64,000 nucleotides of DNA from an uncultured bacterium (GTDB lineage: Bacteria; Auribacterota; Erginobacteria; Erginobacterales; Erginobacteraceae), in the NCBI GenBank assembly GCA_963822585.1, contig CAWGIE010000026.1:160001-224000 (forward strand), written 5' to 3'. Positions within the stretch are counted from its first letter, which is position 1; every line of letters begins with the position of its first letter. Below the pieces are notes generated by a model that saw only the letters and a list, made by a program, of their open reading frames with translations, did no database searches and had not been told where the DNA came from. A program made the translations under genes and the position numbers. Positions 19,102 through 28,884 of the stretch are shown in pieces.

Positions 19102-20703
19102 ATGAGCCACTACCTTCCGGTTATATCTGAAATAGCTCTCTTTGTTTTTATCCTGTTATTTTCTTTTCTGGTGACGATCCCCTGCCGGCGGTGGGCGAAG
19201 AGATCGGCCGCCGTTCCCGGATGGCGGGGGGCCGGCCGCTATCTGGTGGGCCGGCTGGCCTTCCCCCTGGCCGTACTTATTTTTTCCCGGCCTCTCTTTT
19301 TCCTGGCCCGCCGGGAGCTGGCGATTCAATTCCCGACCGGGCTGCCGGCCTACCTCCAGGGCTGGCTCGTCTTCTGGGCCGCTCTTTTTTTCCTGAGTTT
19401 CCTGGAGTCGCTTGCTCTTCAATTCTACGACCTGCGGGAGAGGTCTTTTCCCGTCCCCGCCCTGCTCCGGAACATCATCCGTATCGTTTGCCTCCTTCTG
19501 GTGATCTTCGCCATCCTGCGCTTTGGTCTCCGGATCGACATCTCGCCCCTTCTGGCCTCCACCGCCCTGCTGACCGCCGTAATCGGATTCGCCCTTCAGG
19601 GAGTTCTCGGCAATCTACTGGCCGGTATGTCTCTTCACCTGACCCGATCGGTGGTCCCGGGAGACTGGATCGCGGTCGGCGAGTGGGAGGGGAGGGTGAT
19701 CCAGACTAACTGGCGGGAGACCCGTCTGCGGACGATGGGCGGCCACACAATCGTGGTTCCCAATAGCGTCGTCTCTTCGACGGTTGTCAATAATTTGACC
19801 ACCCCGACGCCGCTCCGCCGGCACGAAATCAATGTCGGCGCCAGTTACTCGGACGCGCCGGGCGAGGTGCTGGCGGCACTGGTCAAGGCGGCCCTCAGCG
19901 TGCCCGATGTCCTCCGGAAGCCGAAACCGACCGCCTATGTGACCGAATACAAGGATTTCGGGATCAACTACGTCCTGCGCTACTGGAGCAAACGCTACTA
20001 TGACCGGGTCCCAATTGACGGCGACGTGGGCCGGATGATCTGGTACGAGTTCAAGCGCCGCTCGATCGAGATCCCCTTCCCGATGAGCGACAAGCTTCTC
20101 AACGACTTCATGGCCGTCGTCTATCGCCAGCGCCGCCTTCCCCCGGACGACGGGGAGCTGGACCGGCGAACCCGGGTCCTGGCGGATACCGAACTGATGA
20201 GATCGCGCCTGGTCGATGGGGAGGGAAAACCGCTGCTGGAAGAAGAAGATCTCCGGCAGCTGGCCGGCTTTCTGCGATTCGTACGCTATACGGACGGGGA
20301 AGCGCTCTTCCGGCAGGGCGAGGCGGGGGAAGACTGCTATATCGTTACGCGAGGCCGGGTCCGGGCGCGGATCGAGGAACAGGACGATCTTCCGGCCCAC
20401 GAGATCGAGATCGGGGAGGGGGCGCTGGTGGGAGAGATGAGCCTGCTGACGGGCCTTCCCCGCACTGCCACCGTCAGCGCGGTCGGGGAAGTCGAGCTGC
20501 TGGAGGTGACCGCGCGCGCCTTTGCGCGGCTGCTGGCCCTCCGGCCGGAGATCCCGGAGAAGCTGGCCGACCTGGTCGCCGACCGGGCCGAAGAAAACGC
20601 TGCCGCCCTCGAACGCCTGAAGACGCTCAAAAAAAGCGAGGTGGCGGAGTCCCTGAAGCGGGAGAACATCCTGAAGCGATTTCTCCACTTTATCAGGCAC
20701 TGA
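19102..20703 (+). CDS. MscS-family channel with C-terminal cNMP-binding domain
   Basis: IGFALQGVLGNLLAG, GDWI, WRET, VPNS, IEIPFP; cNMP cassette FRQGEAG...GEMSLLTGLPRTATV. Confidence 0.92.
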   Translation: MSHYLPVISEIALFVFILLFSFLVTIPCRRWAKRSAAVPGWRGAGRYLVGRLAFPLAVLIFSRPLFFLARRELAIQFPTGLPAYLQGWLVFWAALFFLSFLESLALQFYDLRERSFPVPALLRNIIRIVCLLLVIFAILRFGLRIDISPLLASTALLTAVIGFALQGVLGNLLAGMSLHLTRSVVPGDWIAVGEWEGRVIQTNWRETRLRTMGGHTIVVPNSVVSSTVVNNLTTPTPLRRHEINVGASYSDAPGEVLAALVKAALSVPDVLRKPKPTAYVTEYKDFGINYVLRYWSKRYYDRVPIDGDVGRMIWYEFKRRSIEIPFPMSDKLLNDFMAVVYRQRRLPPDDGELDRRTRVLADTELMRSRLVDGEGKPLLEEEDLRQLAGFLRFVRYTDGEALFRQGEAGEDCYIVTRGRVRARIEEQDDLPAHEIEIGEGALVGEMSLLTGLPRTATVSAVGEVELLEVTARAFARLLALRPEIPEKLADLVADRAEENAAALERLKTLKKSEVAESLKRENILKRFLHFIRH

Positions 20704-20736
20704 ACCGCTTTGAAGCGGTTCAGTGCCTGATAAAGT
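20687..20736. terminator. Perfect 24-bp inverted repeat overlapping the MscS stop codon
   Basis: actttatcaggcactgaaccgctt-tg-aagcggttcagtgcctgataaagt. Confidence 0.6.
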
Positions 20737-20985
20737 ATGTATTCATTCTCACGACCACTTCCTTCGATAGAATGCTTCGTAATCCCTTTCCCCTCAAAAA
20801 ATATTTTAAAATATGTTTGACTACCATATATAATTATGGTATTGGTGTCGCGATGGCAAAAATATCCATTGAGATCTTTCGGGAAACAACAGTGACTTTT
20901 TAGCACTTTTGTAAGTCTTATCTCAGCCAAATCAATGATGATGTTTGTTCAAAACTCATAAATTTCGAGCGCAGCGAGACAATTT

Positions 20986-21657
20986 ATGATGCGGGAGCTG
21001 ACGGCAAAACAGCGGGCGGTACTGAAGTTGATCGCTTCCCGCCAGCAGGAGAGGGGGGCGCCGCCCACCCTGGAAGAGATCCGGGAGCACTTTGGCTGGC
21101 GGGCGATCGGCACCGTTCAGGACCATCTCCGGGCCCTGGTCGGGAAGGGATATCTCCGGAAGGGCCGCGGCGCCCGGACCCTCGAGGTGCTGCGGGACCC
21201 GGACGCCGTCTCCACGGAGGAAGACGGCATCTGGAGCGCTTCCTGGGAAGATCGGAGACGGGCCGGGGGGAAGATAGCGCTGGTCCCGGTGGTGGGGGAG
21301 GTTGCCGCCGGGAGCCCCATCCTGGCCGTGGAAAACGTGGAGGAAGAGTGGTTTCTGGACCGGAAGCTGCTGCACGGACGGGACAATTTCCTGCTCCGGG
21401 CCCGGGGAGAGAGCATGATCGGAGCCCAGATCAAGGACGGGGACTACCTCCTGATCCGCCCCCAGGCCGCGGCCGAGAACGGCGAGATCGTGGTGGTGAT
21501 GGTCGATGACGAGGTGACGGTGAAACGATTCTACCGCCGGAGAAACAGCATCGAGCTGCGGGCCGAGAACCCCGCGTACCAGCCGATTATTTTTCGGGGA
21601 GAGGAAAAAGAACTGGAGATCGTGGGGAAGGTGGTGGGAGTTTTGAGAAAATACTGA
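20986..21657 (+). CDS. lexA: SOS repressor LexA
   Basis: LTAKQ...PPTLEEI wHTH; VAAG cleavage site; GESM (Ser) and TVKRF (Lys). Confidence 0.95.
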   Translation: MMRELTAKQRAVLKLIASRQQERGAPPTLEEIREHFGWRAIGTVQDHLRALVGKGYLRKGRGARTLEVLRDPDAVSTEEDGIWSASWEDRRRAGGKIALVPVVGEVAAGSPILAVENVEEEWFLDRKLLHGRDNFLLRARGESMIGAQIKDGDYLLIRPQAAAENGEIVVVMVDDEVTVKRFYRRRNSIELRAENPAYQPIIFRGEEKELEIVGKVVGVLRKY

Positions 21658-21935
21658 ATGAATCCCGCCGGCCACACCATCGGAAAGACAACGGAGGATA
21701 TTCACCACGAAGGACACGAAGTTCACGAAGGGAATTTCAAGCAAGGGAAAAACACCGGGTCTTTTGCATCAGTTCGTACCTGACGCATTAAACCGATTAG
21801 CCCAGTAACGAGCGGTTACAAGTAATACAGTTTAAAAGTTGCAAAAGATCGGGGCGTATCTGGTCATTTTTGCCGGCTGACTTCTTTTTTATCTTCGTGT
21901 CCTTCGTGAACTTCGTGGTTTAAAGCGGTTTTTTT

Positions 21936-22619
21936 ATGAGCTTGACGAAGAAGCAAAAACAGCGCTGGATCGTGTATGTCCACTCCCCCTGTCGGGTGAC
22001 CCATCAACTGGAGCAATTCCTCACTATTCTTGAAAATCATACCCCGGATGTCGAATACCGGCGAGGATGCTCCGCCTACCTGGAGTTCGGGGAGGGGAGC
22101 GAGGGGGATGAACACCCTCTGGAAGTGATCGGCCGTCTTCAGAAGGAAATAGCCGCCCTGGACATCCCGGTTTCTTTCGGTCTTGGCTCCAACAAGCTGA
22201 TGGCCCGCGCCGCCGCCGCCCTGGTCGATACCCGGGAGGCCCTCTGGATCCTCCCCCAGGGGGAGAAGGATCTTCTCCAGGGCCTTCCGGTGGAACTCTG
22301 GCCCGGTTTGCGAATAAAGACGATCTCCCAGCTTCTCCGGCTGGGGATCAGAAGGGTGGGGGACCTGGCCCGGATCGACACCTTCTGGGTCAGACGGGTA
22401 TGGGGAGAAAAAGGACTGGCCATGCGGGAGCAGGCCCGGGGCTTCGATCCCCGGCCGGTGGTGCGCAGGATCCCGCGAACCGATATCTCGCCCCTCCTTC
22501 CCCAGCCCCGTCTCTTTCCCCCCTGCGGGAAAGCCGAGAAGCTGACGGTCCTGCGCCACCTGGCCGTCTTCCTCCGGAGCAAGTACGGCCGCGCGGCCGC
22601 CGGGAAAATGCGCCCGTGA
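21936..22619 (+). CDS. Short, catalytically inactive Y-family polymerase homolog (ImuB-like)
   Basis: VSFGLGSNKLMARAA and LPVELWPGL...LGIRRVGDL palm/thumb; no catalytic acidic motifs; QPRLF clamp-like motif. Confidence 0.75.
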   Translation: MSLTKKQKQRWIVYVHSPCRVTHQLEQFLTILENHTPDVEYRRGCSAYLEFGEGSEGDEHPLEVIGRLQKEIAALDIPVSFGLGSNKLMARAAAALVDTREALWILPQGEKDLLQGLPVELWPGLRIKTISQLLRLGIRRVGDLARIDTFWVRRVWGEKGLAMREQARGFDPRPVVRRIPRTDISPLLPQPRLFPPCGKAEKLTVLRHLAVFLRSKYGRAAAGKMRP

Positions 22620-22718
22620 ATTAGCGGGCATCCATCCCCTGTCAGGCAGCCGATGAAGATTGTCTCGGTCGGGGATGGCGGCAAATTTACTTAAATGGGC
22701 CGGGTTCCCACAAGCTAT

Positions 22719-24630
22719 TCAGGGTGATGGGGATGGCGCCGGGGCCATTCGCTGACGATGCCGTCGATGCCCCCGGCCGGGGGCTTTTTCACTTCCTCCG
22801 ATGGTGATGGAAAGAGGGGTGTCGCCGCTCCCGGTAATGGTGATCGCGCCGCGGCCGGTTTTTTCCCGAAAAGTGATGCCGGGCGTGTTCTTCGGAACGG
22901 CGGAGGTCGGGATCGGCGTTATCCGCGTCTTAACGGCCGGGGTCGGCAAGGATGGTGCTGACGGCAAAGAGGGGGCGGATTCCGGTGTCAATGTCCGGAG
23001 GTGGTGCCGGCGTCGGGGATTTCGGCGGAACCGGCGTTGCGGTTGGAGACGGAGCAGGAGTAATCGTCCGGGTCGGGGCCGGTGTCAGTGCCGGTGATGG
23101 CATCGGCGGCGGGGATTTCGGCGGCACTGGCGTTGCGGTCGGAGAGGGGGCAGGCGGCATCGTCCCGGTCGGGGCCGGTGTCCGTGCCGGTGCCGGTGAT
23201 GGCATCGGTGTCAGGGATTTCATCGGCGCGGGCGACCCGGTTGGAGCAAGGGCCGGTGTTATCATCCTGATCGGTGACGGGGTCGAAGCCGGGGTGGGGG
23301 CCGGAGGTGGGGATTTCGGCGGCATCAGCGTTGGGGCCGGAGTCGGCAGCGGTGATGGTGTCCCGGTCGGAGCCGGGGTTGAGACCGGGGGAGGAACCGG
23401 CGTCGGCGATCTCAGCGGTATCGGCGTCCCGGTGGGAGAGGGGGAGAGGGGAGGGTTGGTGGCGGTCGGGGATGATGAAGGCGCCGGAGAGGGTGGAAGT
23501 GTGGGTGACGGTGAGACGGTCGGGGTAGGGGTGGGAGGGGCAAGGGGCGCCGCGTACAGAAAACCGTCGAAGCTTCCAAAGAAGATCAGGTCGCCGCCCG
23601 CCGCGGGTGAAGACCAGACAACGCCGCCGGTCTGATAGCGCCACTTTTCCCGGCCGGTGCTGGCGTCAATCGCATAGAGAGCGCCGTCGCCGCTGCCCAG
23701 ATAGATTGTCTCGCCGACCACTACCGGAGTGGACCGGATCGGTCCGCCGGTGGTGAAATGCCACCGTTCCCGCCCGAACTCACGATCGACCGCGTAGAGA
23801 TTGTGGTCCATGCTGCCGGCATACACCGTCTCCCCGTTTATCACCGGTGACGCGGCCATACCGCCGCCGCACGGAAACCGCCACTTCTCCCGTCCGGAAG
23901 CGGCGTCCACTTCGTAGAGTCCACCGTCGTTGCTGCCGATATAGACGCTCTCGCCGGCTACGGCGGGGGACGACCAGACCTGGTCCCCGGTTTTAAATTT
24001 CCAGCGGAAACGGCCGTTATCCGCCTCCAGCGCATGAAGGTAAGTATCATTGCCGCCGATGTACACGGTATCCCCGGCAACCAGCGGCGAGGACCATATC
24101 CCGTCCGTTGTTTTATAAGACCATTTTTCCTTCCCCGAGATAATCGCCAGGGCATAGAGGGTGCCGCTCCCGTTTCCAAAAAAGATCAGATCGCCGGCAA
24201 TGAAGGGAGTGGCCACGATCTCATCGCCGCTTTCGAACCGCCAGATTTCCTCGCCGGTATCGGCATTGACCGCGTAGAGATTCCCATCCAGGCTGCCGAC
24301 ATAGACAACGCCGTCAACCGTGACAGGGGAAGAGCAGACGGCTCCCCCGGTCATAAAGGCCCATTTGAGTTTCCCGGTTGACAGTTCCGCCGCGTAAAGG
24401 TTGCCGTCGTTGCTGCCGCAGTAGATATACCCGTCGGCGATGACCGGGGAGGAATAGACGGGGGCGTCCGTTTTCAGCTCCCAGCGGGGCTGAACATACC
24501 GGGGGACGGACCCCTCACCGGTCCCGGCCGGTACCGCCGCCGGGAGCGCTGAAGAAGCCTGCTCCTCCGGCCCGCCGCACCCCGGGCTTGCCAGGATCAC
24601 GAATCCGATCATGTAAAGATACTTCCGCAT
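22719..24630 (-). CDS. PQQ-like beta-propeller (BamB-like) lipoprotein with long Pro/Thr tail; probable frameshift near 22995
   Basis: Repeats SSPxVxxxxVYxGSxDGxLYAxDxxxGxxxWxF; lipobox-like SPGC; PT tail continues in the frame of ORF 22719-22991. Confidence 0.8.
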
Positions 24631-24941
24631 TGCTTTTTCCATCCTCTCCCGGTGGCAGCGGATGACGTCGCCGGTTTGATCGTTGCCCGGCTCTTTCATC
24701 CACGCGAGAGAGCGCCGGCAACATGATACCTCATGTCACCAGGATTATTCATGAAAATTTTAATTTTAACCCGATTTATTCATAACTCGGGTTAGTTTTA
24801 AAAAATGATAACAAGTAAAAGAACAGCAATGCGAAACCATTCTTTTTTGCTTGAATACCATAAATATATATGGTATTATTTTCCTGAGGAAAATTAAGCT
24901 ACCGTACTGTTCCGACATTCCAAGGGAAGAGAAATCCGGTA

Positions 24942-25110
24942 GTGTAGTATCGTCCGTTCGCTTCGCTTCAGGACTTGTAGGATCGCTTCGCTTGCGGTTC
25001 AGCAAGCCTTGCCTCCGGCAAGGCGATACTACATTTCCTACAACTCCTACAAGTCCTTCACGGAGTGAAGGACGATCCTACATAAATTTGTGAGCGCAGC
25101 GAGCTAATTT
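24942..25110. repeat. Dispersed MITE-like repeat, copy 2 (palindromic ends)
   Basis: gtagtatcgtcc...ggacttgtagga and tcctacaagtcc...ggacgatcctac arms; ends 2 nt before the dnaE2 ATG. Confidence 0.8.
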
Positions 25111-25112
25111 AT

Positions 25113-28100
25113 ATGTTCACGCATCTTCACTGTCACAGTTATTATTCGTTTCTCCGGGGGACGGCATCGCCGGAGGAACTCGCGGGCCGGGCGGCGTCGA
25201 TGCGGATGGAGGCGCTGGCCCTGACCGACCGGGACGGCATTTACGGCGCGGTGGAATTCTACCAGAGCTGCCGGGGATGGGGGATCAAGCCCATTTTGGG
25301 CGTGGAACTGACGGAAAAAGCGGTCCCGGGCGAGGGGGGCGGCGAAAAACTCCGGGCCGTTTTCCTGGCCCGCGATCGGCGGGGCTGGGAGCGGATCTGC
25401 GAGTTGACCACCGCCCGCCACCTGAAGAAGGAGTTCTCACTCCGGCGGGCCGTCCGGGAGGCAGGGGAGAACGTTTTCGTTCTTACCCCCTGCCCGGAGC
25501 TGGCCCCCGCTCCGCCCCCGGAGGCCTTTTTCCTGGAAATCACCTCCGCCATGCCTCTCCGGCTGATCGAGAGGCTGGCGCGGACGGCGAGGGAGCGGAA
25601 GATCCCCCTGGCCGCCGCCAACGATGTCCATTTCCTCCGCCGGACCGATCATCCCCTGGCCGGCGTTGTCGCCCGGATCCGGCAGCGGGCGGCGGGTAAA
25701 TCCGGGGGGCCGGCCGCCGGAGTGCACCGGGAGGCCTGGCTCAAAAGCGGGAAAGAGATGGCGGAGATCCTGGGGGCATATCCGGAGGCGCTTTTGGCGC
25801 CGCGGCGGATCGCGGAGGCATGCCGGGTGGAACTGGAACTGGGGCGACTCCATCTGCCCCGTTACCCGCTCCCCGCGGGAGAGTCCCCCGGAGACCGGCT
25901 CCGGGACCTCTGCCGGGCCGGCATCCGCCGCCGGTACCGTCCGGTTCCTCCTCGGCTGGGAGAGCGGCTCCGGAAAGAGCTGACGGTGATCGCCGGGCTG
26001 GGGATGGCGGATTATTTTCTCCTGGTCGAGGAGATCGCCCGCTTCGCCCGCCGGAAAGGAATCCCCACCCTGGGGCGCGGGTCGGCCGCCAACAGCCTGG
26101 TCTGCTACCTGCTGGGCCTGACCGGCGTGGACCCGCTCCGTCATCACCTTTACTTCGAGCGTTTTCTCAACGCGAAGCGGACGGATCCGCCGGATATCGA
26201 TCTCGATTTCCCCACCAACCGAAGAGACGAGGTGATCGAGTGGATCTACCGGCGCTTCGGAGCGTCCCGGGTCGCCACCCTTTCCGCCACGGTCCGTTTC
26301 CGGGCTCGGGCGGCGCTGGCCGAGACGGCCCGGGTGATGGGCATGAGAGCGGAGGAAGCCCATCGCCTGACCCGGCATCTCCCCTATTTCAGCAGCCTGC
26401 GGGACCCCGATCGTCTGCGCCGGGAAGTGCCGGAATGCCGCCGGCTTCCCTGGGGAGAACCGTGGTTCCGGGATCTTTTGCGCATCGCCGGACGGCTGGA
26501 GGGGTTCCCCCGGCATCTCTCCGTCCACCCGGGAGGAATGGTGATCGCCCCGGCGCCGCTGACCCGGTACCTGGCCCTGGAGCGGGCGTCCAAGGGCGTG
26601 ATCGTCACCCAGCCCGATATGTACGGCGTGAAGAAACTGGGTCTGCTCAAGATAGATATCCTCGGCCAGCGGGCCCTGGCGGTAGTGGCCGACGTCATCC
26701 GGGAAATCGGGGAAGGGGGGACCGCTATCGACCTCGATGGGCTTGATCCGACGGAGGACGAAGCCACCCGGGAACTGATCTCCTCCGGGCGCACCCTCGG
26801 GTGTTTCTATATCGAATCGCCGGTCATGCGCTCCCTCCTGCAGAGGCTCCGCTGCCGTGATTTCCCGACCCTGGTCGCCGCCAGTTCCATCATCCGTCCC
26901 GGCGTCTCCAACACCGGCTGCGCCGAACGGTACATCGCCCGGCACCTGGGCCGGGAGAAGCCGGTTCCCGTGCACCCCCGGGTGGATCCCCTTCTGGCCG
27001 AGACATACGGCGTGATGATCTACCAGGAACAGGTGATGCAAGTGGTCTCCGGGGCCGCCGGGCTGAGCCCGGAGGATGCCGATGAGTTCCGCCGCTGTAT
27101 GAGCAAAAAGCCGGGCTGGCGGGCGCTGGAGAATTACCGGGTGCGGTTCCTCCGGGGAGCGGCGGGGAACCGGATCCCGGAAGCGACCGCGGCGGAACTC
27201 TGGAGGCAGATCGAGGGGTTCGCGTCATATGCCTTCTGCAAGGCTCACAGCGCCTCCTTCGCCCACCTCTCTTTTCAAACCGCCTATCTGAAAGCCCATT
27301 TCCCGGCCCGCTTCATGGCCGCCCTGATCTCCCGCCGGGGAGGGTTCTACCCGACCCGGGCCTACATTCAGGAAGCCCGGCGAATGGGACTGGAAATTCA
27401 TCCGCCCGATATCAACCGGAGCGGGTATTCTTACCGGGCGGAAGGAGGGGGGATCAGGGTGGGGCTGATGGAGATCAGGTCCCTCCGGAGCGAGACCGCC
27501 CGGAGGATTCTGGCGGAGCGGGAACAGCGGCGGTTTGACTCCTGGGAGGACTTCCTCCGCCGCTGCCGTCCCGATGCCGGGGAGCTGGGTTCCCTGATCG
27601 GGAGCGGGGCTCTCGGCTCTCTGGGCGAGGGCCGGCCGGCGTTTTCCTGGAGATGGGCCGGCGGCAGACGGGACCTCCCTCCGGATGCGCTTTTTCCCCG
27701 TTTCCGGGAGGAGTCCGGACCGCCGCTGCCGGATTTTATCGAGGCTGCCGGACAGCGGCGTTGCGCCGAGGAGGAGGGGATGGGTTTCTCCATCCTTCCC
27801 CCGGAAGCGGAGGACCGCGCGCAAGGACTGCGCCGCGCCGGCCCGGGGCTGCCCCTGGTCAGGGCGGATGAACTGCCGCGCTGGTCGGGGAGAGAAGTGC
27901 AGATAATCGGGAGCCCGGTAACCGGACGCCTGGTCCGGACCCGCCGGGGCGGCGGGAGATTAATGAAATTTCTCACCCTGGAGGATGCCACCGGTCTTTT
28001 CGAAGTCGTTCTTTTCCCGGACTGCTACGCGCGCTTCGGTCACTGGCTTGTTGCCGACGGTCCTTTCTACATACGGGGAGTGGTCCAGGTCAAGGATGCC

Positions 28101-28163
28101 GTCCCGATAGTCGTCTGCCGGCAGATTTTCTTGACACCGCCCCTGCCGGATGCTACTTTATAA
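25113..28163 (+). CDS. dnaE2: DNA polymerase III alpha homolog, probably the error-prone DnaE2/ImuC
   Basis: PHP HLHCHS; GRGSAANS, PDIDLD, KIDILG, IYQEQ, YAFCKAH; C-terminal OB fold; lexA/imuB context. Confidence 0.85.
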   Translation: MFTHLHCHSYYSFLRGTASPEELAGRAASMRMEALALTDRDGIYGAVEFYQSCRGWGIKPILGVELTEKAVPGEGGGEKLRAVFLARDRRGWERICELTTARHLKKEFSLRRAVREAGENVFVLTPCPELAPAPPPEAFFLEITSAMPLRLIERLARTARERKIPLAAANDVHFLRRTDHPLAGVVARIRQRAAGKSGGPAAGVHREAWLKSGKEMAEILGAYPEALLAPRRIAEACRVELELGRLHLPRYPLPAGESPGDRLRDLCRAGIRRRYRPVPPRLGERLRKELTVIAGLGMADYFLLVEEIARFARRKGIPTLGRGSAANSLVCYLLGLTGVDPLRHHLYFERFLNAKRTDPPDIDLDFPTNRRDEVIEWIYRRFGASRVATLSATVRFRARAALAETARVMGMRAEEAHRLTRHLPYFSSLRDPDRLRREVPECRRLPWGEPWFRDLLRIAGRLEGFPRHLSVHPGGMVIAPAPLTRYLALERASKGVIVTQPDMYGVKKLGLLKIDILGQRALAVVADVIREIGEGGTAIDLDGLDPTEDEATRELISSGRTLGCFYIESPVMRSLLQRLRCRDFPTLVAASSIIRPGVSNTGCAERYIARHLGREKPVPVHPRVDPLLAETYGVMIYQEQVMQVVSGAAGLSPEDADEFRRCMSKKPGWRALENYRVRFLRGAAGNRIPEATAAELWRQIEGFASYAFCKAHSASFAHLSFQTAYLKAHFPARFMAALISRRGGFYPTRAYIQEARRMGLEIHPPDINRSGYSYRAEGGGIRVGLMEIRSLRSETARRILAEREQRRFDSWEDFLRRCRPDAGELGSLIGSGALGSLGEGRPAFSWRWAGGRRDLPPDALFPRFREESGPPLPDFIEAAGQRRCAEEEGMGFSILPPEAEDRAQGLRRAGPGLPLVRADELPRWSGREVQIIGSPVTGRLVRTRRGGGRLMKFLTLEDATGLFEVVLFPDCYARFGHWLVADGPFYIRGVVQVKDAVPIVVCRQIFLTPPLPDATL
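28131..28159 (+). promoter_or_regulatory. Sigma70-type promoter
   Basis: TTGACA-17 nt-TACTTT with extended TG, overlapping the dnaE2 3' end. Confidence 0.7.
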
Positions 28164-28171
28164 GCACACAC

Positions 28172-28259
28172 AGTGGGTCCGATTCCATCATCCTGATACC
28201 GGCCGTGTGTGAACACGGCAGCGGGGCAATGAAAAATAATAGGGAGACACGGATCACCC
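28172..28259 (+). ncRNA. Structured 5' leader (candidate cis-regulatory RNA)
   Basis: Nested stems gtgggtccg/cggatcac, tcat/atga, ccg/cgg, gccgtgt-GTGA-acacggc (GNRA loop). Confidence 0.4.
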
Positions 28260-28274
28260 GAGGGAGGAGCTGAC

Positions 28275-28436
28275 ATGGGTATTGTATGGATTTTCATCGT
28301 TGCGGTTGTGGCGGTCATTATCGTGTACCTGATCGCCAATCGATCCTGTTCCTGTGGATCGGCAGCTGAAAAGACCGCGGGACCCGAAAAAAGCACGGCG
28401 CCGAAAAGCAATCAGCCGTCTCCACCTTCACCGTAG
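28275..28436 (+). CDS. 53-aa single-TM small protein (absent from the ORF track)
   Basis: GGGAGGAG RBS; MGIVWIFIVAVVAVIIVYLIANRSCSCGSAAEKTAGPEKSTAPKSNQPSPPSP*. Confidence 0.7.
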   Translation: MGIVWIFIVAVVAVIIVYLIANRSCSCGSAAEKTAGPEKSTAPKSNQPSPPSP

Positions 28437-28754
28437 GGCAGCCGACTATCCATGGAAGTGCGCGGGACCGGAGAGAGAACGTGGAAGCCCGGTGCGGCAT
28501 AGACCCGGGTGGCCCTTTCCCTCCCCGGTCTTATTTTTTCTCCCCGCCCCGATTAATGCTTCCCCGATTAATGCTTCGGGGTGGGCGGGGCAGACGGGGT
28601 GGCTGGGGCGAGCAGAGCGCCGGAATAAGAGCTTGCATGCATTGAAACACTATTACCGGGGTATTTTATTACGGAGAGCATCATGGAATATTTATATTGA
28701 AAATAAATAAGGCAAACTATATATAGTAAAATTTTTCCGAAGGAAAAATTTTAT

Positions 28755-28829
<75 letters not shown>

Positions 28830-28884
28830 TATTATTTTTACTTCGTAAAAATAATATATGTATGAACGAAACGAGGCAGTTTAT

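Noticed and set aside
15693..20703. Pycsar/CBASS call
   Set aside because: The cyclase has a CHASE2 sensor and purine-type specificity residues, and the effector is MscS-based rather than a known Pycsar effector
20740..21935. LexA box
   Set aside because: No palindrome convincingly shared upstream of lexA, imuB and dnaE2; the shared hairpin at lexA and dnaE2 is a repeat end also found at 62703-62730 between convergent genes
22952..23635. Gly/Val-rich plus-strand ORF
   Set aside because: Antisense reading of the Pro/Thr tail
28172..28520. tmRNA, SRP RNA, RNase P RNA or hammerhead ribozyme
   Set aside because: Lacks tRNA-like ends, the SRP CAGG/AGCA loop, GAGGAAAGTCC and the CTGANGA/GAAA core
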